The notes beneath the pieces are model-generated. The model was not told the DNA's origin and made no database searches. It saw only the letters and a program-made list of their open reading frames with translations. Shown piece after piece: positions 49,795 to 63,147 of a DNA stretch of 64,000 bases. The stretch is taken from assembly GCA_047495785.1 (NCBI GenBank), contig JBLDXI010000026.1, forward strand, positions 1,364,001 through 1,428,000, written 5' to 3'. Numbering within the stretch: position 1 is the stretch's first letter; each line of letters opens with the position of its first letter. This stretch comes from Lepidodermella squamata. Its lineage: Eukaryota; Animalia; Gastrotricha. The translations under genes and the position numbers were made by a program.

Positions 49795-52087
49795 ATGGCG
49801 GCTCAACCTGGATTTTTGGAAGCTGTTGCGCGTGCTCGACAAGTGGCCGAAAAAATGCAACAGCAAAAGCGAGGTTTGGAGTCTGGAGGTGAAGAAGATG
49901 GCGGAAAACGATTCCGATCAGACAATTCACTCGGGTTCGCTGCCAACAGTTACAACTCGCCAACTTCAAATTCCCAGTCTGCATCTGAATCAAGCAACCA
50001 AGGGCCCGTTGATCCTCTGCAGAAAGTGAAAGAGGTTGGTCAATATAAATGTATAATGTATAATGTCACGTAATTTCAACAACTTATTTAGGTTGCTGCT
50101 CGCTTGAATCAACAAGTCGCTGTAATGAAAGGCATGCCAGCCGCTGATGGCAACGGTGTTCAAGACGAATTCTGGGTGCCTGAGCGCCTAGTTGGTCTTG
50201 TAATAGGCAAGGGCGGTGAAACAATCTCGCGTCTCCAAGCCGAATCCGGTGCTCATATGCAAGTTGATCAACGTAAGAATAATTTTATTTGACCCGAGAT
50301 TATTGCTAAATTTGATGCTTTTTAAAGTCAGCAATGGTGGACCTGAGCGCCGTTGCATGCTTTCTGGGCCAAGAGATGCTGTTGAGTAAGTCTGAAACCA
50401 TACTATGTCTTTTCTTTTCAACCTCATTGTCGTTTTCATAGACGTATCAAAAATATGCTGCGTAATTTGGTGGAGCGTGGGAAAGGCCCCGGCATGGGCA
50501 TGCCTCCCGGTTCGGTTGTCGAAGAAATTGTTATTCCCGGCAACTTGGTTGGAATCGTCATCGGCAAGGGCGGCGAGCAAATCAAACAAATCCAGGAACA
50601 ATGTGGTGTTAAAATGGTCCTTATTCAAGATTCACATGAAATTAGTGAAGGCGGCAAACCCCTTCGTATTACCGGAGATGCTGAGCGAGTCAGAGTAAGC
50701 GGTTCAACAGCTTTAAATCAGGTCGATGCCTTATACTTTTCATTTTTAGAATGCGAAAGAAGTTGTTCAGAGAATCCTCTCTCAGAAAGAAGATGGCAAA
50801 TTCGGTGCTGGTCGTGGTAGGGGACGTGGTGGCTTCCCTCCGCCTCTGTTCTCAGGCGGCGTTGGTGAATACGGAGGCAGTGATTACTCTGCGTAAGTCT
50901 ATTTGAAATCAATTATATGAATTACCTCAATCATTCGCTTTGTAGTGGCACTTTTCGGTCGACTCGTGTCGAAGTCCCTAACAGCATTGTTGGTGGTATT
51001 ATCGGCAAGAGTGGTGAAATGATCCGTCGGATCTCCCAAGACTTTGGTGGTGTGAAAATGCAATTTGCTAACGATGCTGACCCGTCTACTGGAATGAAAG
51101 TCCTCGAAATAGGACCAGGCCCTGCTCAAGCTGTTGATGATTGTGCTAATTGCGTTAGAAAACTCGTCGACACTATGCAAAGCTCGAAAGGCGGCCGTCA
51201 AGCTGCCGATGCCGTTGCTATTTACCAGCAAATCAGGCAAGAAATGCCAACTGGTCAATATGGCCAGGGATCGATGTCAGGCTATTCCGGCCCCGATCCG
51301 TCTAAACTGTCGCCGTATGACCAAACAGAAATTTTCTTCCCCATTCCGTTCCGGAAGGCTGGTTACGTCATTGGCAAGGGTGGTTCGACCCTTCACGAAA
51401 TCATCCGCGAATCCGGCGCCCATATCGAAGTTTTGCGTGATACGAATGAGAAGGAGTTGATTGCAAGTGGCCAGCAACCAGAGTCAAAAACATTCCGTAT
51501 TAAAGGAATGGTGTCTCAAATCGAATCCGCGCTAAGAATCATCACGAATAAAGCTGGTATTCAACCGCCCCCTGGCTGGTGCACCCAGCCTCAAGATCTT
51601 GCGAGTTTGTACGCGTATTCCCTGGCAACAAATGGTAACGCCGAGGCAGCAGCCGCCGCAGTTGCAGCGGCAGCGGCCACTGCTGTCGATCCAATGGCGT
51701 CGTATTGGTACTCGCAAATGTACCAGCAACCTCAGGCTGGGGCTGCTGCCGCTGCTTACCCGGCAGCTGCTACCGGACAAGCTGCTGCAGCTGGTGCCGA
51801 CGCTGCCAACTACCCCGCTCCATGTATGAAGTTTTTAGCTATCTCCATTCGCAATTTTACAAGTTTATTTTCTAGCTGTAAACCCATCGACCGGCCAAGC
51901 TGACTATTCCGAAGCGTGGGCGCAATACTATCGTTCCCTCGGTCAACACGAATATGCCGATATGATATTAGCACAAGCCCGCGGCCAGCAAGCGGGAGGT
52001 CAAGCCGAGGAAACCAACGGAAGTCAAAATTCCGGGGCGCCTTCAAATTATCCAACATACCAGGGCAATGGATCATCACAGCATTAG
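49795..52087 (+). CDS. FUBP: Far upstream element-binding protein / PSI / KHSRP family (4 KH domains + Tyr-rich motif)
   Basis: N-terminal FLEAVARARQVA; four KH GxxG loops (IGKGGE, IGKGGE, IGKSGE, IGKGGS); last coding exon 51876-52087 encodes TGQADYSEAWAQYYRSLGQHEYADMI. Confidence 0.92.
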
Positions 52088-53524
52088 GTAAGTATTTTTG
52101 CAGTTGTTCAACTTTTTGAGATTTTGCGGATTAAGGCGGATTTTTAATTGATGCTTTCAATTGATATTTTTCCGATTTTTTGGGTGATTTTTAAAATTTA
52201 TTAGCAATTTCCGAGTTTGGCTCATTTTAAAGGCGATACGATGAGGCAACAGCTCAACGCTCATTTCGTAATAACTTTTCTGAACAATTTTCATGCATGT
52301 TCTCCAATGAAATTTTTGATATAACTTGAAATACTATCATTTAAATGTACAATATTCAAATTTTTTGCCCTAAAACGGGCGCTTCAATATTTCCAATTGC
52401 CATGTTTCTTTGTTGCAATTTGATAGGAGCCACAAAAGAATCGATTTCTCTCTTGTCCTGTTCATACACTGTGTTTTTTTGGATGATGATTTTGGACAAT
52501 TTTGCATTTTAAAACACAAAACAGCAACATCTTCAATTCGAAACGTATAACCAGCCGCGATCGTTGCTCTTCAACCGAACCAGCCGCAACAACAACAGCC
52601 GCCATCGTCTTTTTTTGTGTTCAATTTTTGTCTTCTTGAATATAATCATATATATTGCATACTATTTGTCTGTTGTACTAACTTTTTAAGGAGCGATTTT
52701 CGTGAGAATTTCACGGGCACAATCGCTTGTAATTTCCTCAGATTTTTTTGTAATATCCATGTACTTGCTATCGTTTTGCTTGATTCGCCGTTCTAGGTGA
52801 TCGACGCCACGTCGGAAACACACATGCAGTAGGTAAAACTTGATGAATTTTCCGTGAATTTTTGATTATATTACACAAGTGAAGTAGTTTTCAAATATTG
52901 ACTTGAAAGTTTCTTTTCAGCGATACTAATTTTGCCTCATTTCAATGAGATCTAATAATCTCTCTAAAATCACCCACACAGACAGGTTTGCATTTTTTGG
53001 AAATATTATTGATTGAATCGAAATATTGATAAAATTTGTCTACCATAATTTTCACTGTAAATATCTTTGGAGTTGATGATAATAATTTTCAATGTAAGTA
53101 ACGCGTAATTAGCGTTAAGGTACGTTTCTTTTCGAAGCTTTATATCTACCTATCTATAGAGTGAAATCATTGACTGTAATAACCTTGAATTAATTGTACC
53201 TACCTTAATTTGTCCTTTTTGTGAGAGAAAAATGATGAAATGAGAGCTGGTCGCGCGTGTTATTGCCTACTATTCACACTTTTATTATAGGACGACTACT
53301 ACACGTGATGAATTCGGTGTTTTGTTTTTTGATTGGTTCAAAATCGAAAGTGACTTCGGTTAATATAGATGAAAGTGAAGTAAAAGCGAAACAGCTCTTT
53401 GGCAAGAAACACGGCGGTTTGACGGAAATCAATATTTCTGGTGGTTATTTTTTTCATTCCCATTTCAACCAGGTTACATCCCATCACCGTCTTTTGCTTT
53501 TTAGTGGTTTATTTTTGTTGAAAA

Positions 53525-54129
53525 ATGAGTATAAGAGCCTTCAGCTCCGTTTTGTTACGATGTGCAAGTCGGTCAATTTCAAGGCCGCTAGCTGTTAATC
53601 ACGCCTCTTTCATCCGGTTTTGCTCTGGAGCGGCTGGCCCGGACGCGGCGGTTCGGGTGAAATTACCCGGTCACACGCACGCGGCGAGAAAAGCCATAGT
53701 CTACACTTGTAAAGTGTGTAAAACTCGGTCGGCGAAAACTTTTTCGAAGCTGGCGTACGAACGCGGTATCGTGATTGTGAAATGCCCTGGCTGCAGTAAC
53801 AACCACATAATTGCCGATCATTTAGGCTGGTTTGAAGGTTAGAAGATTGACTTGAAAAAAAATTAATTTTCAAGGTAAATTTTTATGCAGATTTCAAAGG
53901 TAAAACTATCGAAGAAGTGCTGAAAGGTCGGGGTGAAACCGTGCGAGTCGCAAATATTGCGTCTTCCGATGCTGAATTGACGAACGAAGACCTCGTCATG
54001 ATTGATGATTCGTTGTTGAAACAAAGCGTAATGACAAAAATCGAAGCGAAACCTTCGAAACAAAAGCCGGCGAAAAGTAATAAGTCGGAACAGCCTCTTT
54101 TATTGCCTGTTGATGATAAATCATTGTAG
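53525..54129 (+). CDS. DNLZ: DNL-type zinc finger protein (Hep1/Zim17), mitochondrial; 2 exons
   Basis: YTCKVCKTRSAKTFSKLAYERGIVIVKCPGCSNNHIIADHLGWF, exon 2 ..KTIEEVLKGRGE; mitochondrial-type presequence. Confidence 0.95.
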
Positions 54130-54177
54130 TTTTAACGTCTTTGTGATACTGAAATGCTCAATAAATACGGGTTTTTT

Positions 54178-57100
54178 TTACAATTGAGTTGGATTATTTT
54201 GTTGCTGAGGGTTTGAAATGACGACTCCTCTCAAATCTAAGGGCATGCCCAGCGGCCGGCGCCGGTTCGGCTGGAAATCAACTTTGCGTAGGGTTGGGAC
54301 GTAATCAGGGGCGAGCCTGACTGGAATGGCGGGTATCTGTGGCACCTCCGGTAATTTTCGTTTGATTTCGGCGGTTGGAGCTGATGAAACGCCTGAAGAT
54401 GAAGTAGATGGAATATCGCTAATATTAGTCGGTGTCACAATTTCACTTTCAGGCGATGAAACAGGCGGCGTTAGGACGAGAGCGGGTGTTGGCACCCTGA
54501 CAGTCCCTGTTCGCGGCTGTGTCTCGGTTATCGTGCCATTTTTCACCCCGGAAAACCGAATTTCTCGTTTATTATTCGAATTTTCATTCCGGTTCGTCGA
54601 CGAGCTTTCAGGGCGGCGGAGAATAGGCGCCAAAGCGGCTCGATTCGCTATAGCAACCAGGCTCTGCATGGGCCTCGATGGCACCTGGTGTTTCTTGGCC
54701 TCGTGTTCTAAACCATTTTTCCACAGGTCAAGTAGAAGAAGTCCAGCGTAAATTTTTCCAGTGGTCAGTTGCTGAAATCCGACAGCTGGAATAAATCGAT
54801 TATAATCGCCAAAATAAAAATAAATTTTTGTTATTTACTTTCTTGAGGTGGCATCAGAAGATGCATTTTGCGTTTTGCATATTTCGGCCAAAATTTAGTG
54901 ACAATATTGCGCAGTTCCTGGTCGAGAGTGTGCATGGTTTTGACTGAAATTTCACAAAAAAATATTGAAATTCAATTAAACTTAATTCTTTTTACCTTCT
55001 CCGACTTTGATTTTCAGCGACTCTCGGACCAAAGCAAATAAAGTGGTGGTGAAATGAACGTTTTTACCATCCGTTAGCGGGATATTCATACGAATCAGCT
55101 TTCGGTAAGCCATTTTCGTAGGGCAGTTTATGCCAAAGCCAAGCGGCGGCTCCAGTTGGCGCACCAATTTATACATGTCCGAGAATGGAATTTTTCCACT
55201 GTCAAAAAATCCATTTTAAATTTGAGCTCATAGAATTTTATTCTCACCATCCATTCGGATCGTACTCCGACCAGTTGCGCACGAACTCGTCAAGGTGGTG
55301 AGGGCCCAAAATGGACGAATCACGGGTCAAAAACTCGAAATTATCCATGATTACTGCCACAAACAGATTGAGTAGCTGAAAAGAGAGACCAGTATTTATG
55401 CTCAAATTTCATAGAATCTTTTTTTGATTTTCACCAAAAATGTTGCGAGAAGAATGAAAGAAAGGAAGTAGATGTAGGCGCCAACATCCGTCCCACAAGA
55501 ATCACCCACAGCGTAGGGCGAGCAGGGCTTCCCGGAGGTACAACTCAACATGAGATCAGGCCATCCTTCGCCGGTCGTAATTCGAAATAACAGCAACAAC
55601 GCGTCGTAAAACGTTTGAAAACTCGCGTTTTTGTTGATTGACGAATCAGGTCGCAGTAGAATCGTGCCGAAAAGCTGCATCCCGATCACAGCATAGGCGA
55701 AATAGGCCATACCCATAAGCATGCAGACGTAGGGTAGGGCTTTAAAAGACTGGAGGAAGGTCCACAGAATGATGCGGATCGAGCGGACTCGTCTCATGAC
55801 TTTGATAAGACGCACAGTTCGGAAAAGTCTCAAAAATCCGATATCGAAGAGGTCCGGCTGGAAAAAAAACCGAAAATTCAAATGCGAAAAAAATCAAAAT
55901 TTCAAGTTACATTGACTTCTGAAATAACGACATCGATAATACTGACGCTGACAGTGAAGAAGTCGAAAACGTTCCAAATATCAGTGAAATATCCAACCTA
56001 ATATTTTTCGAATAAATGTAAATTCTTCGATATATTCGAAATAAATTACCAATCCATAAGCAATAATTCGGAGTAGAGCTTCGATTGCGAAAACTACAGC
56101 TCCAGCAAAATTTACGATATTTTCGAATTCATCATAACCATTCGCTTGATCAAAGTGCTGTGAAAAATGAAAAATTCAGAAAATTGCTATAAATTGTCAA
56201 AATTTTCAGACCTTCATCATCATAACGAGTGTTGTTAAAAAAACGAAGGCGATGACAAAGACTTCGAAGGGCGTTGATTCGACAAAATACCACATCCTCC
56301 GCCGAAAATCTGCTTCAACTGGTGGCAATCGAATATTGATCGGTTTTGCATTAATGACGTAATCGATGCAACGTTTAGAATTTTTATCAATTTCCTTATC
56401 TTCGCCTTGATTTTGAAACGTTACAACGATCAAGGCCACGAATACGTTGACCAAGAAAAATGGGCAGATAATTAAGAAAATGATGTAGAAAATCGCCATG
56501 CTTTGGTTGTAGGCCGGAAGTGGGCCTCGATTTACTTCAGTCGCCTCGATAGAATGAAGCATTACCCTAAGGAATAAATATTTCAATTGATCACGGAAAA
56601 TTCTAGGAAAACTCACGTTGGCCAGCCATCTCCTGTTGTAACAGTGAATAAGGTCTATAATTTTTTGAAAAATGTAGAAAAATCATAAAAAAATTAGAAA
56701 AATTCTTACTAGCATGGCCATGGGTAGATTGTCGTAATTGAAGTCATAGACCTGCCAAGTTCGGTCTTTCACGCCAACGACTTTGTTATCGTCATCGAAA
56801 ACAAACATCTGACCCTGGCATTCGTCCTCGGTCATTTTTATCGGATCGGTGCAGTAGAAAAATTTGCCGGCAAATAGTTGAATGGCCAGACAGGAGAATA
56901 TGTAATCGAACATGAAAAACATGATCAACACATTGACGACCTTGCCCAGCGATGCGATGAGGCACGATAGGACGGCTTGCAGCTTCGGAATTCGGCGAAC
57001 AGTTTTCAGCGGCCGAAGCACTCGGATGATTCGCAGCGATTTTACAGCGGTTGCATAGCCTCCTCTCAGCCCCAAAGCTCTAAATTCGAGAATTCAAATG

Positions 57101-60100
57101 ATGAGGAATATAATGAGAAAAGATTTTTCTTACTCGATTAGGAAGCTGACAAAAGCCGAGATGACGACAATGAAATCGATGATGTTCCACGGGTCGCGAA
57201 AATAGCTACCAGGATGAGCAACAACACCAAGGACAATCATCTAAAAAAATCAGTGATTCATCAGCACTGAGGCGATTAGACGCACTACTCACCTTGAGAA
57301 TCATTTCAGTCGTGAAAATAGCCGTGAATCCATAATCAAGGTAAGCAAGGGCTACATTGCCGTAAGCCTGTTAAAATAGACGGCATTAAAATTGCCTTGA
57401 AAAAAACCAGTATGGGCTACGATAAACATCCCTTATCTTTACAACGTAAAAATGGTGTAATTAATTTGTACACCGTTCAGAATATCAAATTTGCGCGTAG
57501 CGGACCAAAATTGACTTGGGTTTTGGGTGGAATTTTTTTTCGAAACTAAGTACCATTCTTAGAAAAATGTTGTTATTGATAGATAAGGGCTTCTCAACAC
57601 CGAACCCTTGGCGACCCCAAAATCAAAATTCTTACCAGGCTGCGACACCTAGCAATTTTTCTCATTTTTTATCGTTTTTCAGTAAGGGAAAAGGTGCTTG
57701 AAATTTCGAAATTCTATAAAATAAAAATCACTCAATTTACATCCACTTTCCAATAATTTCTTTAACCTTTTGATGAATTGGGCTCTTAACCGGATTTTCA
57801 GCCAGTTTTCAATCGAATAAATTGGGACACGAGCGAAGTGAGCTTTGGCTAACGCTATTTTTGAAGTTTTTACCTGGAAGAGTGACTGAAAATGAACCAA
57901 ATCTTCGCAATGTTCAAGCTTTATAAAAATCATCAGGCGACCCACAGAAAACCGGCCTGCGTCCCCCAGTTCGATAAGCCCTGCTATAGATTATACTAAG
58001 GACCCAGTTTTTTGGATCCCAGAAACCGAATACACTAGCTTTTCTCATACCTTGAGGTCAACAGGATCTTCAGCAGCCAGGGCTACTGTTGAGCCGCAAA
58101 TTGTAGCCAGAACAAAGAAATCAAAAATAGGATCACTGGCGATGTAAAAACAAACTCGTCGAAATCTGATAAATTAAAAAAAAATCGGTAAATGATGCCA
58201 ACAAAAAACCGCCATGCTAACATATTTCTCTGCTCGAAAATGTAAAAACTCGTGAAAGGCGGCATTGTAAGGAGGTCCGACTGAAATTGAGACATTTCCT
58301 TCTCAGCAGTTGTCATTCGTCGACCTCCAGCTTTGGTCGTGCTTTCTTCCTCACGCTTTTTTGGTTCATCACCCGGCGGCTTGTCTTCCTCGTCCTCGTC
58401 CTCATCTTCGTTCGAATTCATGGAAACATCATCGCCATTTTCATCGGTTGACGATCGACGCTTAACTTCACCAGTCTCGGACACTTCGACTTCATCATTA
58501 TTGGCTATGCTATCTACAGCGATAGCCAAAAACAGGTTCAAAAGCGTGTCTATCGAAAACAATTAGTAGAAAAATTAAAAAAAAAATTGGTTCAAACTCA
58601 CAAGTTCCGAAGACAACAACAACGAGAAAATATAGCGCGAAAATCATGCCGAATTTAAATATTCCGCCCTTCGATCTAACGCCATCAAACATTCGCTAAA
58701 AAATTATGAAATAATTTCATTTTCATGGGATAAAATTTTTACCGAATTACCTGAGGCCAATCTTTCGCGGTTGTGAGTTGGAATACAGTTCTTTGGGTGA
58801 ACAAAATTCAAAAAATATCGGGAAATTTGAGAAAATTTATACATGATAGCAGTAGGAAAGTCGTCGAAATGAAATGCCGGACGGCCGTCATCGAAATTGT
58901 AAGACCCGCCGAAAAGACTCATACCGAGCAGAGCGAAAACGATTAAAAATAACAGGAGAAAAACCAGCAGAGAAGCAATCGATTTCATAGCCCCACCAAC
59001 GTTCGTGACAAAAGTTTTCAGCTGCGGCCAATACCTTGTTAGTTTAAAGACTCGAAGCAGGCGGAAACAACGCAAAACTGCAATGCCAACAGCCCATTTC
59101 GGGTTGACTGATTGTAAAATCAACTCCAATACACTTCCGATAATTATCTGAGTTCGAAAAAAATTCGATATAAATTCGAAAAAGGCCAACTGATCTTACA
59201 ATAAACTCGAAGATATTCTGCTTTGAACGGAAAAATGTTCGAACTCCCATGGCAAACATTTTGATAGCAATTTCCAAGCAGAAGACCCCAGCGAAAATTA
59301 TCGCAAAAATATCTGAGCAAATTAACGAAAAAATGATGAAAAATATTGCTATTGAAAAAATTGCGTACGAAGGGTCCTGTCAAGCCATGTAGGCTGGTTG
59401 TAGAACTCCAGCCCCAGCGTGATCGCATTTAAAACCACGAATAAAATGATGACCCAGAAGAAAAATTGCGATTTGATGAAAATTCGCATCTGTCGCCGGA
59501 GTCTAGCGATGGGCGTCATAGATTTTAGTTTCTCCTCAGTTTCCTTCCGTTTCGCTTCTTCAGCCTTGTCCGTCTCCTCCTGCTGGGTGAACACATCGTC
59601 ACTAGCCTCGCCCGCATTCGGAACCGAGGACATGGAAAGCGAAGCTGTGCTTCGGAACAAACTTTTCCCACGCTTTCTAGACATTCGGGCGTCATTTTCT
59701 TTTCTCACTGGAAGCAAGTAGTGTAATGAATTGAGTTGTTTAGAACTATTAAGAGAAAAATACCGCTTATAATTCTGAGTTTTATCTCGTTGTCGACTGT
59801 AGAATCATTGAGCAGGGAATTTTCTGAAAAATTCACAGGTATTATAAGAATATTTGTTTCGTCAAAAATTATGAATACCGGCTGTGGTTATCCAAGCTAG
59901 GTAGCTGCTTAATTCTTTCGCAAACTGTTCCTGTCGATGTTTCCTCAAATATTGTCGTCTCTTTTCAACCCTTCCTCGCTCTTTCGCGAATTCACTAATT
60001 AACATAAAAAATTAAAATTTGGAATATTTTAAGGAGGCGTTTTTCAACTCACGCGCTCAAAACACCGAGTACCAAATTAAGCATGAAAAATGTCCCGACA

Positions 60101-63100
60101 ACGATGAGTAAGCAATAATAAATCCAGTTGAATTGCTTCCCATAAACCTGTAAACCGAAAATTGAGAAAAAATCGAAAATATAAATAATTTCGACTCACT
60201 CCATCGCACATGTACATCAAATCAGACCAACCCTCGGTCGTCACGCATTGAAAAACAGTCAGCATTGCGAAGCCAATGTTGTCGAAATTCGTTATGCCCT
60301 GATTTGGGCCGAGCCAATATCGACGGCAAGTTGCATTTTCCGAACAGATATTCGCTCCCGCTTTTGTAGAGCCGTCAGAAGCGCACGGCTTTGGATCGTC
60401 CCCACCGACAATTTTACCGGTTTGCTTATCGAAACACGTGTAGTGGAAAATTCCGACGTAAAACTGCATGCCGATAACTGAGAAAATGGCGATGACAAAC
60501 AGCAATATCGCCGCGATTTGCGACAATGGTCCCATGGCGGTTATAATTGCTTGCAAAATCACCCGGAGCGGTCGAATTCTATTGTAAAAAAAGTAAAATT
60601 TGACCAACATTTGAATAGGACAAACCGGGTCAGCAATTTTAAAGGCCTCAAAACTCGAAGTGTTCGAAGAAATGACAAATCGATTTGAGTGAACAGAATT
60701 GTGAGCCACCTTAAATAAATTCTTGAAGGAAATAGTTTCATCCCATCAAAATTTACCCAGCTATAACGACGATAAAATCGAGAAAATTCCAAAAATCGCG
60801 AAGATAAGCGCCTCGATTGAGAACAAGACCCATGGAAATAATTTTCACCGTAGCTTCAAATGTGAAAAATATGATGAAAGGTAGTTCGGCGTTGTTGAGA
60901 ATGAGGCTGATGGCAGCTTGATCGTCATTCGGTAAATTGACATCGATTGTCATTACAATAACGTTGGCAATGATGGCGCATATAACGACGTATTCAAACA
61001 CCCACCAGTTGACGAGTAGGGTGCATAGTGATCGAATGAGATTTTCTTCCCGGAATAGGTACAGCGAAACATTCGGTCGCGTCAACCACCGCCAGAGGCA
61101 GCCGAGCGAAACAGGCTCCTGAGGCTCATCTTCGTCTGGATTCCACGATTTTTTCGGTGTCTTCTGGCCGTGAAGAGGCGCTGAGGGGTCGCCGGTTGAT
61201 GGGGTTGACGAGGCGCCCTGGTAGACCATAGGCAGGGTTGTCATCCAGATCGGGGCGTTTTTCGGCGCCACCGACGCGCCTGGTCGCATTCGATTGCTAG
61301 GCCCGAAGGAAGTTTCATAAGCTGGATTGTTGACAGCAGGTGATAGCGGACGAGCAACATTCGGAGATTCCCTTAGCAATTAAATTAATGAATTTAAATG
61401 CTTGTTGGAAATGAGGCTATTGATCGAAGCTATATCAAAGCCTTGGGAGTGGAATAGTGAACCCTTACTTCATCAATTGTATTCAGATATGAACAGAGAA
61501 TGGGCCCTAATTTTGGCAAATAGCTTGGAGAATTCTCTAAGATATTTTGCAAGGGTCTAAAAAATAGCAACCCTAAATTTGAAATTCCAGCGTCCAGCAT
61601 CGTTAAGCATCATCTTTTAAATTTCCTTTACCGCAATAAACTTATACCTTTTAATCAATTCGGCTTCTTGTCAAGGCGCTCTAGTGAGACGCAACTTCTT
61701 TCTTGTATTATTGATTGGTTGAGAGCGTTAGACCTTGGTTTTGTTGTGGATATTATTTATTTAGACCTATCCAAGGCATTCGACACAGTTCCTATTTCGC
61801 TTCTTCTATCTCAACTTCTTAAAATTAATATTGTTGGCTGTGTATTTACTTGGCTTAAAGAGTTTCTCTCTGATCGATATTTTCGCGTTGTGACTGGCGG
61901 GGCGTTTTCAGAATGGGCGCCAGCTCCATCGGGCGTGCCGCAGGGTTCGGTTCTGGGACCCACGTTATTTATTATTTTCACTATATTTTCTAATGACGTC
62001 CTTACTAGTGCTATAGCCAAATATTTTGCGGATGATACGAAACTATACAAGGTGATACACTCTATTAATGACTGTCTTTCTTTACAACATGACCTTGATA
62101 ATATCACAACGTATTATAATACTAATGGGCTTTCCGTGAATCCTAAAAAGTGCGTGGTTCTTATAGATTGGGCAAAAGTGCTATCGATTTTGAATACACT
62201 ATAAATGGTAATAAATTGGTGCTCGAAAAAGTTGTTAAGGATCTCGGTGTATATATTGACAACCAGCTAAATCTTTCGTATAATACTTCTCAAGTAATTG
62301 ACAAATGTGCCCGAGTTACTAATGCTATATTTAAATGTTTTAAATCAAAAGAAATGCGACTGAAAGCCTTTAAAACACACGTTATACCTCTTGTTGAGTA
62401 TTGTCCTGCTGTAGCTTCTCCTATTTTACTTTCCGACATAGATGACCTAGAAAGTGTGCAAATTAATTTTACTAAAAAATTGTTATGTCCTGGCTCTTTG
62501 TTTTATACTTCTGTCGACGGTTTTAACTATGATGAACGACTGAAAAAACTTGACTTGCGAAAACTAGAGGAACGTCGTCTCATCAGGGATATTTGTCTCT
62601 GTCACAAAATGTATCAAAATACTGTTGATCTAAATTTTTATGATTTTTTTTCTATTTCTAGTCGCCGTAGAGCAGTTGCTCATGAAATTAGTTTTATACC
62701 TACAAATATTGATTCTTATAAATATTCCTTTGTTAGGCGTGTGAGGCCTCTCTGGAATTCAATACCTACTGATTATATTAATAATTCTCATAATAACTTT
62801 AAAAACTATGTTAAACAGCTCGACCTTAATAACTATTTGACGTCAGTAGTGAGGCGCCATGACATTTTGTACCTATGACCATTTCGCCACTGTTGTTCGC
62901 GAACAAGAAGAAGAATAAAGAATAAAGAATAAAGCAATAACATTCTCGGTTTCAGCCCTTTTATGACCTTTTATGTAGTAAAAATGTAGTAAAAATGGGT
63001 CACGCCAGTGAAATTTTAGGTGATTTTTGTAAGCCAGAAACGCGAGTTGGACTGAAATCAAACTCACCCTTCGAAAACAGCATCATCGTTAGCATCGACT

Positions 63101-63147
63101 GCAATATTGGTGTTGCGGGGTTTCAGCTTAATATCTGATTTTTTCAT
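54178..63147 (-). CDS. Voltage-gated calcium channel alpha1 subunit, Cav2-like, with non-canonical E-K-D-E filter (many short exons; exon 1 at 63147-63068)
   Basis: Four repeats with intact S4s ([44 protein letters not shown]); AID-like [15 protein letters not shown]; [23 protein letters not shown]-hand; pre-[13 protein letters not shown]; IQ region TGKIYAGLL (invertebrate Cav2 type). Exon 1 splices in phase 2 onto the acceptor at ~61372. Confidence 0.93.
61600..62878 (+). mobile_element. 5'-truncated CR1-group LINE RT, frameshifted, in intron 1 of the Cav gene (antisense)
   Basis: [64 protein letters not shown]; frame break near 62160. Confidence 0.9.

Noticed and set aside
57370-58049. ~680-nt Cav intron as a possible TE or alternative-exon host
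   Set aside because: No matching TIRs, TSD or channel-like exon could be established by eye.
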